Assembly: GCA_041739995.1 (NCBI GenBank)
Contig: JBGSMV010000047.1
Coordinates: forward strand, 1-64,000
Direction: 5' to 3'
Length of the DNA: 64,000 nucleotides
Origin: Bdellovibrionota bacterium
GTDB taxonomy: Bacteria > Bdellovibrionota_C > UBA2361 > JBGSMV01
A model generated the notes under the pieces. The model worked only from the letters and a program-made list of their open reading frames with translations. It did no database searches and was not told the origin of the DNA. Positions 1 through 10,013 of the stretch are shown piece after piece; the stretch's first letter is position 1, and the number at the start of each line of letters is the position of its first letter. A program made the translations under genes and the position numbers.

Positions 1-141
1 GAGCTATTCAGGAAGGACTACTTCGAGGAGCGCCCACACGGTAGCCTCAGAGACATGACCCCACTGGAAGTCGAGAATGAGTTCTATAAAAATAACAAGG
101 AAAACTTACTCAGGACTGGTACATAATTCGGGGGGAGGTCA
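1..141 (+). mobile_element. Right end of an IS3-family (IS407-group-like) insertion sequence, cut by the window edge
   Basis: Frame 1 reads ELFRKDYFEERPHGSLRDMTPLEVENEFYK...* (stop at 124-126), matching the IS3 integrase-core C-terminus (W/F-R-x-D-Y-N-E-x-R-P-H-x-S-L-x3-T-P). It is followed by ...GGGGGAGGTCA (reverse complement TGACCTCCCC), a typical IS3 terminal TG...CA inverted repeat ending at 141. Confidence 0.8.
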
Positions 142-821
142 CTCTCGCTCCGATCACAGGAATCTCTCCTGAGTCACTAGAAACCTTTGCCAATCCAAGT
201 GTGCTGTTACGCCAAAACGGCACATACATGATGCTCTATGAGAAGATTCGACACATCTCCTCCGCCGCAACAGAGATAAACAATCTGATGCGCGCAGTTT
301 CGGCTGATGGCGTATCGTTCGCAAACAGCCCGGAAACCTCCCCCATTCCAGGAGGTAGTACGATTGCTTCGAACTTTGACCCTTCGTTAGTGCGAGTACA
401 AGACGCGACGGTTCGTCTCTATTATTCAGCTAGCGCTAAGGTGTATTCGGCCCTATCCACCGATGATGGAGAGTCCTGGACAGAAGAGGGCAGAGTTCCG
501 ATTCTTGGAAGAAGCACCAGCTTCGCTCCATTTCCTATCGAAGCCTCCGTTGTCAAAGACCCAAGCGGCAACTTCCTTATGTTCTTCGCTTCGCCTTTGG
601 ACAGCGAGACATCAAGCTATAGTATCTTTTTAGCAAAGTCCGATGACGGAACTAACTTTCATGTCTTTGATGAAGCTCTGCTTATCCCACCCGAGGGATC
701 TTCTTATCGAGACCCGAATGCGATTCAACTGCAAAATGGCTCTATTCGACTCTACTTTGTTGAGCGGACGGGAGATCTCAATTCTCAAACTCGGGCAACA
801 AAGAGCGGGATAGTGCAGTAG
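142..821 (+). pseudogene. 5'-truncated beta-propeller protein (glycoside hydrolase GH32/43/130-like fold), interrupted by the IS
   Basis: The frame of ORF 201..821 stays open back to the IS end (LAPITGISPESLETFANPSVLLRQNGTYMMLY). Repeated blade motifs NPSV/DPSLV/EASVV/DPNAI and Asp-box-like S-x-D-G motifs. No RBS/start between the IS and the first blade. Confidence 0.6.
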
Positions 822-862
822 ACAGGAAGAATCAGCCGCTCAAACCTCTTGCTCTGTTCAAT

Positions 863-1333
863 TCACTGACTCTTCCGTGTTCGCGAGACAAGCAGCCGCA
901 ACCGGTCGAGGAACTTGGTCCGTCCTAATCGCCATGCAACGACACCAGAAAGATTGCGAGAATATCGACTATACTCCTCTACAGAAACCGTATCTCTCGA
1001 CTGTCCCCCTGTCTGCACTGCTAAGTCAATCTGATAGACCTGCACCAAGTGTCCAAGCTGTCCATTTTTTGAGAATGGATCTAGGTCGTCGTAGTTCACT
1101 TCCTGAAAATAGAAGGGGTGCAGCGACAATTCGAAAAACTCTTTGGTCCCTCGCGGAAAGCCCTGCGCTTGTAAAAATCTCTTCACGCGCTCGAGTTGTC
1201 CGCAACGCGCAGCCGAAATACCGACTTCGCTTTGCCCCGATTTCTGGTGCTTCTGCAGCTCAAGCTCGATCATTCCCACGATCTCGTCGGCCGTGAACTT
1301 TCGAGCCCGTTTATCGTCATGCATACAATTCAT
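863..1333 (-). CDS. Hypothetical protein
   Basis: 156-aa ORF filling the gap with protein-like composition; no family recognised. Confidence 0.5.
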   Translation of the reverse strand: MNCMHDDKRARKFTADEIVGMIELELQKHQKSGQSEVGISAARCGQLERVKRFLQAQGFPRGTKEFFELSLHPFYFQEVNYDDLDPFSKNGQLGHLVQVYQIDLAVQTGGQSRDTVSVEEYSRYSRNLSGVVAWRLGRTKFLDRLRLLVSRTRKSQ

Positions 1334-1469
1334 GAAGTGAGTGGGTTAGACATTCATGATGGTACATTGACTGACAAAAAGAGACAGCCATAGAAAGCTA
1401 TTGAAGCAGGCGAGGAGCAAGACTCCGAAAGGAGCTCTTGGTACCAGTGATATATGTTTCCGGCATTAC

Positions 1470-3764
1470 TTAGATGTCACTTCCCCAGCATGCCAAAACA
1501 CGAGTTAGATCATCAAAGTTAATAGTTCCGTCACCTGTAGGATCTAAACTCACCGCTTGCCCCCAAAGGGCTAGTACTTGGGTAAGATCATCGAATTCAA
1601 TGACTCCGTTGCCACTCAAGTCAGAACCCAGGCAAGGATCATCGCCCTCAATGACGAATGGAAAGTTAAAGCTTCCGCCTTCGATTCCATCGCCGGAAGG
1701 GATCGCCATACCGACAATTCCTCCGGGCATTTCGCCATCGAGCTTTAAACCTGTTGCTTCACTGATCGAATCTAAAACGATAAGCTGATATGAATCAGGT
1801 TCGAGGTCGCTCGGAAGGTTTACCGTCAAACGAAAAGTGCTCGCATTATAGACAGTCGAGACTTGCTTCTCCCCTACTATGTCACCCACGAGGCGCACCG
1901 CATCTGCTGGAATTGTCACCGCAGCGCTAAAATCAAAGGTGATCGACTGAGGTGCCGTCTCTGATACCAAATGTGGCTGCTCAGAAACCGCAATAATCTT
2001 TGGAGATCCCCACACAAAAGAGGCGGATTGGGGGAACATCGGATTTTTCAGTACATGATTCTCCGGATCAACCTGTATCGATTGGTACGAACCCTGGATA
2101 GGAATGAGAAAATTCTGCCGTGCCGCCGTACTATGAACAAGATACGTAAAAGTGCCCGCCGTAGTGTTGATTCTTACCGGAATTTCTAGGTCAAAAAGTC
2201 GTGTGGTCTGACTCTGTTTGATCATCACATTGATATACTTATTGCCATTGACTGTTGTCTGAAACAGGCCATATTCGATCTTGGGCGCGCCATAGCTGTA
2301 TACCCATTGATCGAAGAAGTAGCCCAGATCACGTCCGCTGACCTCTTCAAATACAGCTTGAAAGTCTTCCGTGATCGCTGACTGATAGGCATGCCGCTCA
2401 AGATATGTCCGCAGCCCCTGAAAGAAGGTCTCATCGCCCAACATCTGCCGAAGCATGTGCAAAATCCATGCGCCCTTCTTGTACTGAGCGCTACTAAATG
2501 TGTTTGCGGTACTCGTCGGATTTGCCACGTACACAACACCCGAACTCGCTGATCCTGGGTGTTTGCTGACCATAGCGCTCAAATACGCCCCTCTACCGCT
2601 CGACCCAGGCTTAAATTCTTCCCAGATAGCTTCCATGTAGGTGGCGAAGCTCTCATTCAACCAAATGTGATTGAGCGACTGACAGGTGACGCTGTTTCCA
2701 AACCACTGATGCGCTAACTCGTGTACGGTTAACTTCTCTCCGCCCAAATCATCTGGGCCGCCACTGTTCCTTCGTCTTTGCCCAGAGATCGTCTGATGCT
2801 CCATTCCCCCAACAGAAGTATCCCAAGCAGCGATACCATACTTCTCCAAAAGAAAGGGGTATGGACCTAGAAGGCTAGAGAGCGTGGTAAGCATCGAATT
2901 CACCTGCAGGGTCTCGGGCAGGGCACTACTCATGCCGGGAAGAAGATAGAACTCAACCGGCATCGTAGTATTTTCGTAGGTAAAGGTCCTGGTCACTTTG
3001 CTGTAGGCGGCAGCACTAAAGGCCAGCAGATACGGGGCAGTTGGATAGCTCGTTTTCCAATGAAATGCCTTCGTTCCACCAGCGTTTGTTGTCTCGCTTA
3101 TCAGGGACCCATTCGACGCAACTTTTAAAGTGGAAGGAACCGTGTATCTCAGATCGGCAGTAGACTTATCCTCATAGACACCAGGGGGTTCTTTGACAGC
3201 TAACCAGTGATGAGTGTTCCAAGGTTGGGCATAGGAATAAACCATGCCATTCACCACATTCACTCCGCCAAACCATGTGGGGTCCGATGCAGGAATGCTT
3301 CCTTGGTAGAAAACCGAGAGGGTCGCCGAATCACCAATGTTCAGCGATCCGGGCCAGAAGGCTCGCACTTCCGGATTACTTAGGCGCTCAAACGAAACTG
3401 GGCTGCCATTTAATTCCACTTTCGAGATTACGTACGAACTATGCAATCGAAATAGAAATTCACTTAGACCCTCAGCTAGGCTCTTAAAGTGCATAACTAC
3501 ACTTCCACCAATGGTGGGCGGAGACACCGTAATGTTTAAGTCGGCATCGTAGTGCTCTACGTCTGTGAGTAAGGCATTAGAGGAATATGCGCTTGAGTAT
3601 GCCTGGTGGCTCACTGCCTCGTCCGCCCTGCTCAAGGCTTTTTGCGTACTCTGTAGATGTGAGCACTTATCATCGATTGATTGCGCAAATGCTGACGAAG
3701 AATGGACAACAAGCAGCACACTCAGTAGTGCTGTGCGTGAAATGGAGTTCATATAGAAGATCAC
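1470..3764 (-). CDS. Secreted M1-family zinc aminopeptidase with Ig-like and C-terminal dockerin-like repeats
   Basis: Signal peptide (SSAFA-Q), GGMEH exopeptidase motif, HELAH-x18-E zinc motif, YKKGAWILHMLR; C-terminal DLSGNGVIEFDDL..WG / DPTGDGTINFDDL..WG pair. Start may be 3752. Confidence 0.9.
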   Translation of the reverse strand: MIFYMNSISRTALLSVLLVVHSSSAFAQSIDDKCSHLQSTQKALSRADEAVSHQAYSSAYSSNALLTDVEHYDADLNITVSPPTIGGSVVMHFKSLAEGLSEFLFRLHSSYVISKVELNGSPVSFERLSNPEVRAFWPGSLNIGDSATLSVFYQGSIPASDPTWFGGVNVVNGMVYSYAQPWNTHHWLAVKEPPGVYEDKSTADLRYTVPSTLKVASNGSLISETTNAGGTKAFHWKTSYPTAPYLLAFSAAAYSKVTRTFTYENTTMPVEFYLLPGMSSALPETLQVNSMLTTLSSLLGPYPFLLEKYGIAAWDTSVGGMEHQTISGQRRRNSGGPDDLGGEKLTVHELAHQWFGNSVTCQSLNHIWLNESFATYMEAIWEEFKPGSSGRGAYLSAMVSKHPGSASSGVVYVANPTSTANTFSSAQYKKGAWILHMLRQMLGDETFFQGLRTYLERHAYQSAITEDFQAVFEEVSGRDLGYFFDQWVYSYGAPKIEYGLFQTTVNGNKYINVMIKQSQTTRLFDLEIPVRINTTAGTFTYLVHSTAARQNFLIPIQGSYQSIQVDPENHVLKNPMFPQSASFVWGSPKIIAVSEQPHLVSETAPQSITFDFSAAVTIPADAVRLVGDIVGEKQVSTVYNASTFRLTVNLPSDLEPDSYQLIVLDSISEATGLKLDGEMPGGIVGMAIPSGDGIEGGSFNFPFVIEGDDPCLGSDLSGNGVIEFDDLTQVLALWGQAVSLDPTGDGTINFDDLTRVLACWGSDI

Positions 3765-4032
3765 AACCCATTAGAGACCCACGGCACCACGCGCAGCCTA
3801 CCCAATAATAATGGTCTCCCTGCCCCCAGGGAGAGATGTACTTGGGAGGAAGCACTGCAAATAATATGCCGCTTCAATCCTGCTTGACTAAGACTGCAGG
3901 TTACTGAACCACTCGTTTGATTAAGACAATTTCGTAAAGGTGAGCCTGCGGCCTAGAAGACGATACGGACAAGGACCTTAGGTGTTCGAATCAGTTATTG
4001 ACTGGTTTGGCCACTACTTTTGTGAGCTAGAT

Positions 4033-4419
4033 CTACCAGGAGAGTACTGCTCGTAGATGGGGCGGCAATCTGTGTCCGATAATCTCTCGGATCGATCCAC
4101 CAAAGCGAACATGAAAGGCCACGCGCACCGCGCGTCGTAGCGGAAGCTCTAGCGCCTCCCATATTTGCACCACTGACTCTAGGCTATTACTTTCTGGGGT
4201 AACAACTGCGAGGTAGATGGTCGTCGCAACTTCTTCAGATAGAAGATGGCGTGGCGCATGCTCAGCAAGGTCTCGCACTTGTGCTCGAATTAGCGCTGGA
4301 GGTAACTGCAAAAGCGTTCGTACGCGCTCGGACAAGAAGGATCGCTCTAGTTTCGTCCAGTGGCCCAAATCACTCTGGATTTCGGTATTAACAATTTTCT
4401 CTGCTGAGTTGTGCGACAT
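4033..4419 (-). CDS. Hypothetical protein
   Basis: 128-aa ORF with GGAG just upstream of the ATG; no family recognised. Confidence 0.5.
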   Translation of the reverse strand: MSHNSAEKIVNTEIQSDLGHWTKLERSFLSERVRTLLQLPPALIRAQVRDLAEHAPRHLLSEEVATTIYLAVVTPESNSLESVVQIWEALELPLRRAVRVAFHVRFGGSIREIIGHRLPPHLRAVLSW

Positions 4420-4541
4420 ATGCTCCAGTCCTGATTAACTGAACACTAGTCGCGACTATGCGGCGAATTGCTCCATATTTGAGCGTAAGTGCTTGAATTG
4501 GTAAGGGGTCTCGCCTTCTCAGGGCGCCGCGATGTTTCTGC

Positions 4542-5468
4542 TTAAGAACATTCCGTCTCAAGACTCAGCGTCGGTATACGGGGTCCCGCCCGACGCTGAC
4601 CCAGAGCGGCAAGCACCGCCCCGACGACGATAACCAGACCACCGATCACATGCTGAGCTGAAGGAAGCTCACCATACAACGCCCATGCGATTCCAAGCGC
4701 AAAAATCGCTTCGGTAGTAAGTACACTCCCCGAGATCGCGCCCGACACATTTCGAAAAGCGATACTTTGTATCCAACTAATCAGCGCTACCAGAGCGCCT
4801 CCAAAAAGCAGCACCCCCAATAGTCGTGCGTCGGCGTGAAAGGTCAGAGGCTCTCCAGCCACAAACGAAGCCAGCAACAGCCACCCCGTACCCACCAAGA
4901 CAAACGCCGCCGAAAGGGTACGGTCATCAATCTCAGTCCTATGATATCGCCGTGAAACGAGTGCGAATGAGAAGCCAAGGGCAGAAAGAAAAGCATAGAC
5001 TTCTCCTCGACCAACGGAAAGAATGTTGGTGAAGTCTTGAAGGGTGACCAGTGCTAAACCGACCGTCGAGGTCAACAACCCCACCACGCTGACGGCACTC
5101 GGGCGCTCGCCAAACAGAAGGATCGACCATGCCGCGGTAAGCGGGAGGGCACATATAAACGAAACATTTGCTAAATGTGTTGTCGTCGCCGCTAGAACGA
5201 AAAAGCCGACGCCGAACAGATAGCCCATGAAAGTTCGAAGTAACAAAATCGCATAATCTCTGGGGCTAATCTTTTTTAGCTCCAGGATCGAAACCCAGGA
5301 TCTAAAAAATATAGTAGCAAGCCCAAAGGCAATAATCGTTCTCAGATATGTCTGTTGAAACACAGCGAGTTCGCGCGCAAGTTCTCGTGCAATGACCCCA
5401 AAACAGGCATAGCCAAGTGTCACTATAAACAGAAGAAATATTGCGCGGCGAGGTACGTCGGCGACCAT
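4542..5468 (-). CDS. DMT/EamA family transporter
   Basis: About 10 TM helices in two repeats; motifs LLFGERP and LYGELPS..GGLVI. Confidence 0.85.
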   Translation of the reverse strand: MVADVPRRAIFLLFIVTLGYACFGVIARELARELAVFQQTYLRTIIAFGLATIFFRSWVSILELKKISPRDYAILLLRTFMGYLFGVGFFVLAATTTHLANVSFICALPLTAAWSILLFGERPSAVSVVGLLTSTVGLALVTLQDFTNILSVGRGEVYAFLSALGFSFALVSRRYHRTEIDDRTLSAAFVLVGTGWLLLASFVAGEPLTFHADARLLGVLLFGGALVALISWIQSIAFRNVSGAISGSVLTTEAIFALGIAWALYGELPSAQHVIGGLVIVVGAVLAALGQRRAGPRIPTLSLETECS

Positions 5469-5531
5469 GCACGACTGTATCCGCTTCCTCCATCATATCA
5501 AGAGCTCCCACTTTGACCCCTGCTGCGCCGT

Positions 5532-5563
5532 CAACTCACCACTCTGGCAACTCACCACTCTGG
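5532..5563. repeat. Perfect 16-bp tandem duplication (CAACTCACCACTCTGG x2)
   Basis: Read directly in intergenic DNA. Confidence 0.9.
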
Positions 5564-5637
5564 GCTGACCCCCATGCTCGAATTTCAATCAGCGAGATGA
5601 CTCAACGCATCTACGAATGGCACGAGGCGCCTGGCGT

Positions 5638-5799
5638 TCAAATCCTTCCCATCATCAGCAGAATCGCGGCGATCGAAGCAATCACTATGAAAATTCCACT
5701 TCCGAACGAGATTAACGCTCCGTTCCATCCAGGCTCATTCGGATAGTCGATCCCGAACCTTCGCTTACGCCGACTGTATATATGCCCTATCATTCCCAT
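5638..5799 (-). CDS. Small single-pass membrane protein (53 aa, not in the ORF track)
   Basis: GGAGG upstream of ATG; MGMIGHIYSRRKRRFGIDYPNEPGWNGALISFGSGIFIVIASIAAILLMMGRI*, a basic N-terminus followed by one hydrophobic helix. Confidence 0.5.
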   Translation of the reverse strand: MGMIGHIYSRRKRRFGIDYPNEPGWNGALISFGSGIFIVIASIAAILLMMGRI

Positions 5800-5930
5800 A
5801 ACGCCTCCGTTGAATCTGTAAATATTACGTGATAAATGCTGCGCATGGCATGAGCGGAGTCATGTCGAACGGAATGCTTATTTGAATATAAAGGCTGAAA
5901 ACTACTAGAGAATTAATTACGGACTATTAG

Positions 5931-6563
5931 ATGGCACTGCCAAGGCAAGTTTCAAGCTCGGCCGACCTCAAGCTGCTCGATACGCCGCTTCATCGGTCAC
6001 ATTCATTAATTCGCAATCTTCTGACCGATGGTAATGTCGCATCGGTATGCAACTCCTCCTCCCATGCGACGAATGCGATCTGTAACCTTATCAATTTCTC
6101 AAGCGCACTTGTCGTAGTCGAGTATGGACCGGGGAGCGGGGCTATCACCGTTCCAGTCCTTAAGCACCTACCAGCAGATGGGCAGATCATCGCCTTAGAA
6201 ACCAATCTCAATCTTGCGGAAGGACTTTCATACGATATAAATGACCGTCGTTTGCGTGTGATTCATGGCACCGCTGAACTTGTCGATAAGTTCGTGCCAA
6301 GAATGACAGCAGACGTGGTGATCTCAGGCATTCCATTCAGCATGATGAGTGACCAAGCGGTAGAGAATATTCTTCATAAAACCCGTATGATTTTAAAACC
6401 GGGTGGTAGGTTTATTGTCTATCAGGCTTGGCTGCCACCATTTTTCACGACCGATCGCTTGCAGAGATTGTTAGCTAAACATTTCGAGATTTTGTCTGTC
6501 ACGAAGGTTCTGCGTAACATTCCACCGCTGCAATTATTTACGTGCGGCGCTACGGGCAAGTAA
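5931..6563 (+). CDS. Class I SAM-dependent methyltransferase, phospholipid N-methyltransferase (PmtA)-like
   Basis: VVEYGPGSGAIT SAM motif, ADVVISGIPF, LKPGGRFIVYQ, RNIPP C-terminus. Confidence 0.8.
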   Translation: MALPRQVSSSADLKLLDTPLHRSHSLIRNLLTDGNVASVCNSSSHATNAICNLINFSSALVVVEYGPGSGAITVPVLKHLPADGQIIALETNLNLAEGLSYDINDRRLRVIHGTAELVDKFVPRMTADVVISGIPFSMMSDQAVENILHKTRMILKPGGRFIVYQAWLPPFFTTDRLQRLLAKHFEILSVTKVLRNIPPLQLFTCGATGK

Positions 6564-6742
6564 CCAGGATCGGGGACTCTACAAATCTTATCAATTTATT
6601 ACTCCGACGCTATCGGCGGTAAGTTGGCACGAATGACGCTTAAAAAGGCATTTGCGATTCGTTCATACCCATGTTCGTTTGGATGAAAGCCGTCGCCTGT
6701 AACTTCTACATCTGAGACCGGCTGATTTGCTAGCTCGACAAT

Positions 6743-6776
6743 GTTGGCTCCAAATCGCGGTTGGCTCCAAATCGCG
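6743..6776. repeat. Perfect 17-bp tandem duplication (GTTGGCTCCAAATCGCG x2)
   Basis: Read directly in a stretch without a convincing ORF. Confidence 0.9.
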
Positions 6777-7233
6777 CCGCCTCACCTCTAATGACGTCGT
6801 TGGAAGCATCGACTCTCGAGTTTGTAACGTCGCCATCAGGATCATCTTAAAATCGCGGGAGTTGGGTAAGGTCAGGCATAGTTCCTACTACTACGAGCGC
6901 GGGCGTTTGGGACGTTAGTTCATCCCACATTCCTGAGACCTATCAAGCTTGCGAATGTTGACCATCGTGACGTTAGGTATTTTCCTGACGGATAGGGAGA
7001 CCGATAACTTCTGTTGAGAGATCTGTAAGTTGAGACTGACCTTGAGCCTCTGAAGTTTAAGCTGGCTGGAGTAGATGGTGAATAAGAGAGTTAGCCCGTA
7101 GCGGTAGTGACTCCTTCGAAAAAGGAACGCTCAAGGGACAATAGAAACTGCTCGGGCTCACTTCTGCAAGGACTGTCGAATGTTCTGACCGAGCAATCAT
7201 CAGAAACGCCCGTTAAAGTCCCGAATCACCCAA

Positions 7234-7947
7234 CTAAGGGTTGAGCGTCTGATTTCGCTGCGTGCCATGCTCTGGACGCGGAAAGTCCGCGCACCTCGAG
7301 GGCTCCAGCACCTCCCGCGACTCTACTACCTCACATCCCGCCGCCGTGAGTTTACGTAACATCTGTAGACCATCGTCAGGAAAAATATTAACCGCTCGGC
7401 ATGCATCAAGTACCACTCGCGTTTTTAGACCAAGTGAACACGCATCTAGTGCAGTAAACCCAACGCAGTAGTCCAGCGCGAGACCAACTACATCTAATTC
7501 AATGTCCTCGAATCGTTCTCCACGAGCCGCCGCTTGTTCTCTCAGCCATGACGCAAGTCCCGTCTCCGCCTCTCGTGCATTATCAAAGAATCCGCTGTAG
7601 CTATCGATCGCTGCCTGCTCTCCCTTCGGTACAGTAAAATTTATTCGATGCACTTCAAGGTCGCCGTGAATCTCGGCACCTCTGGAGCCCTGCACACAGT
7701 GTCTGGGCCACAGGGTCTGTGAGCGTCCGCCAAGGTCCTTTTTTTCGAATGGCTTCGCACCGGGATATCTATCCGCAAAGCTGGAATGATCCTCAGGATG
7801 CCAGTCCTTGGTTGCCACTATCAGGTCATAGTTCCCCGACCTCATCAAGCGATTTGCCACGGCAACGACTTGGTCTCCTTCGGGCACTGCAAGGCCTCCT
7901 CCTGGACAAAAATCATTTTGCACATCAACGACGAGTAACACTCTCAT
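7234..7947 (-). CDS. pncA: Nicotinamidase/pyrazinamidase
   Basis: VDVQNDFCPGG, DWHP, WPRHCVQG, YSGF, GLALDYCV; catalytic D-K-C present. GGAGG precedes ATG 7947. Confidence 0.95.
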   Translation of the reverse strand: MRVLLVVDVQNDFCPGGGLAVPEGDQVVAVANRLMRSGNYDLIVATKDWHPEDHSSFADRYPGAKPFEKKDLGGRSQTLWPRHCVQGSRGAEIHGDLEVHRINFTVPKGEQAAIDSYSGFFDNAREAETGLASWLREQAAARGERFEDIELDVVGLALDYCVGFTALDACSLGLKTRVVLDACRAVNIFPDDGLQMLRKLTAAGCEVVESREVLEPSRCADFPRPEHGTQRNQTLNP

Positions 7948-7984
7948 ATAGTCCTCCAAAAGAATGTTGGTAAACGTTCAAAAA

Positions 7985-9835
7985 CTAGGAGAGAAAGCCA
8001 TGGTTCATGGGAACGCGACGTCCGTTGCCAAAAGAATGCGGGGTAACGCGAATCGCTGGAGCGGCCTGCCTTCGTTTCCACTCAGAACGATCAAGCTTTC
8101 GAAAGGCGCCCTCGATAACCTGGCGAGTGAATTGAGTGCCGTATTTTTCAAGGGTTTCAGAGAACGAGAGTCCGGTCTCAACCATGTCTCTCACCATGGG
8201 GGCTATCTCTTGAGGAGGTGCTCCCATGACGTGCGCGTCAACTTGACCGTTCTTGAGTTCAGCCGAAGGCACTCGGTCAATCGTCGTTTGCGGAATGATT
8301 TCGCGGCCTGCGCGCTGGTTAATAAAGCGAGCTAGATCAAATACTCGATCTTTGTCGACATCTCCGAGAACACTAAAGCCTCCGACCATGTCGCCATAAA
8401 TCGTGCAGTTGTCCAATGCAAGTTCAGTTTTGTTCCCGGTATTAAGCACCAGCCCATGCATCTTGTTTCCGTAGAACATGAGGCCAAGCATGCGAAGCCT
8501 TGCTTGCACGTTCTCTTCAGACACGTCCTCGGGAAGTGCGCTGACGTCTGGGTCTTCTCGAAAGACACTCAAACACGCTTCGGTTTGCTCTTGGATAGGA
8601 CTTGTTTTGAATCGAATACCAAGGTTTCGTGCCAGAATCTCAGCATCCGACTTTGTCTCAGTAGAGTTGAACTTTGACGGCATAGTGATGCCCAGCACCT
8701 TCTCTTGGCCAAGTGCCTCAACTGCAAGCGCGGCCACCACCGCTGAATCGATCCCACCACTTAATCCAATGATTGCTTGTGCAAAGCGTCCTTTCCTTGG
8801 ATTTCCACCGTCGAGGAAGTAGTCCTTGATTCCCAGAACTAGGGCATCAAAAAGTTCCTCAACTTCTGGAACTACCGGCAATGCCACGGCTTGAGGCCCA
8901 AAGACATCAACTATGAGCAGATCCTCTGCGAATCCTTTTCCCATTGCTTTCGGAATCGCATCTGCACCTAAGATTATGCTTCTGCCGTCAAAGACGATCT
9001 GTCCTTCAAATCCGTCATAACTTCCCACCAGATTCGCGTACACGAACGGAACACCGGTCTGTTCGACCACCTTCTTCAGCAGGTCAGTCCGAACCGGGAG
9101 CTTTCCGATGTGAAATGGAGAGGCTGACAGATTTACAATCAGGTCTGGATTCTGAGACTTCAGCTCTCTACTCGGATCGATCTCATAGCCATTCGACCAC
9201 AAGTCCTCACAGATTTGCGTACCAAGTCGGACACCTCCCACATCAACCACGCGTCGCTCACGCGCTGGCTGAAAATATCGGTTCTCAAAGAAAATATCGT
9301 AATCGGGAAGTAGCGACTTATCCTGGACTGAAACAATCTTTCCGTCATGGATAATGGCCGCAGAGTTAAAGAGTATCGGTCGACCGTTCGGTCCGCTTTT
9401 GCTTAGATCGGTATCGACGAAACCAACGATTGCGGTAATTCCCTCAGTCGCCTCCCTCACCTTCTGCAACGCGCGTATGTTTTCAGCGATGTATTCGCGA
9501 CTCAAAAGCAGGTCCATTGAGCAGTAGCCGGGGATGGCGAGTTCCGGAAATACCACAAGTTGAGCACCGTGGCGTTTTGCCTCACGAATTGCGTCGATTA
9601 TCTTGTTTGCATTTGCCGTTATCTGACCGGGGTAAGTGGCAATCTGCGCTACTGCGACTCGATATTGCTGCTTTGATCCTTTGAGGACTCTGCTGACCTC
9701 CATTGCGCTCTGTGGCAAAGAGACCTCAATCTGAGTGTTCGGCGCTCCTGACGCGTCGAACAAACCCTCTCTCTCCTTCGCTGTGTTCTCTGATTGCCCT
9801 TTCACTGTTTCAGCAAAACTCGCCCGCGTGTTCAC
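7985..9835 (-). CDS. nadE: Glutamine-dependent NAD+ synthetase
   Basis: Nitrilase-fold glutaminase (FPEL, K..LPDY, ICEDLW) plus synthetase (GLSGGIDS, NVQARLR, PSAEL, EWKRRQAAP). Start reassigned to GTG 9835 behind AAGGAG. Confidence 0.93.
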   Translation of the reverse strand: MNTRASFAETVKGQSENTAKEREGLFDASGAPNTQIEVSLPQSAMEVSRVLKGSKQQYRVAVAQIATYPGQITANANKIIDAIREAKRHGAQLVVFPELAIPGYCSMDLLLSREYIAENIRALQKVREATEGITAIVGFVDTDLSKSGPNGRPILFNSAAIIHDGKIVSVQDKSLLPDYDIFFENRYFQPARERRVVDVGGVRLGTQICEDLWSNGYEIDPSRELKSQNPDLIVNLSASPFHIGKLPVRTDLLKKVVEQTGVPFVYANLVGSYDGFEGQIVFDGRSIILGADAIPKAMGKGFAEDLLIVDVFGPQAVALPVVPEVEELFDALVLGIKDYFLDGGNPRKGRFAQAIIGLSGGIDSAVVAALAVEALGQEKVLGITMPSKFNSTETKSDAEILARNLGIRFKTSPIQEQTEACLSVFREDPDVSALPEDVSEENVQARLRMLGLMFYGNKMHGLVLNTGNKTELALDNCTIYGDMVGGFSVLGDVDKDRVFDLARFINQRAGREIIPQTTIDRVPSAELKNGQVDAHVMGAPPQEIAPMVRDMVETGLSFSETLEKYGTQFTRQVIEGAFRKLDRSEWKRRQAAPAIRVTPHSFGNGRRVPMNHGFLS

Positions 9836-10013
9836 TTGGTGTCTCCTTAAATTCTCGCCACACCAGGAAGTTGGCAAATTTAGTAGATATTTGCGATTTG
9901 ATGACTGTATTAGCAGCTTATTAAGCAATTTCTGCTCATATATGCGGTCTTTTTGAAGTTCGAGGTTCTGCTCTCACACTCCGGGGTGAAAGGCACTTAA
10001 CGGAGGTATGTCT

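Noticed and set aside
9836..9928. ORF-track N-terminal extension of nadE (and similar upstream starts at 15180, 18646, 24135, 39488, 45040, 61392)
   Set aside because: Downstream starts have better RBS, domain-boundary or overlap support.
9836..10007. Short inverted repeats (GCAAAT..ATTTGC, GCTTA.TAAGC) as NrtR/Rex/NiaR operators
   Set aside because: Poor match to those consensus sites and no regulator in the cluster.
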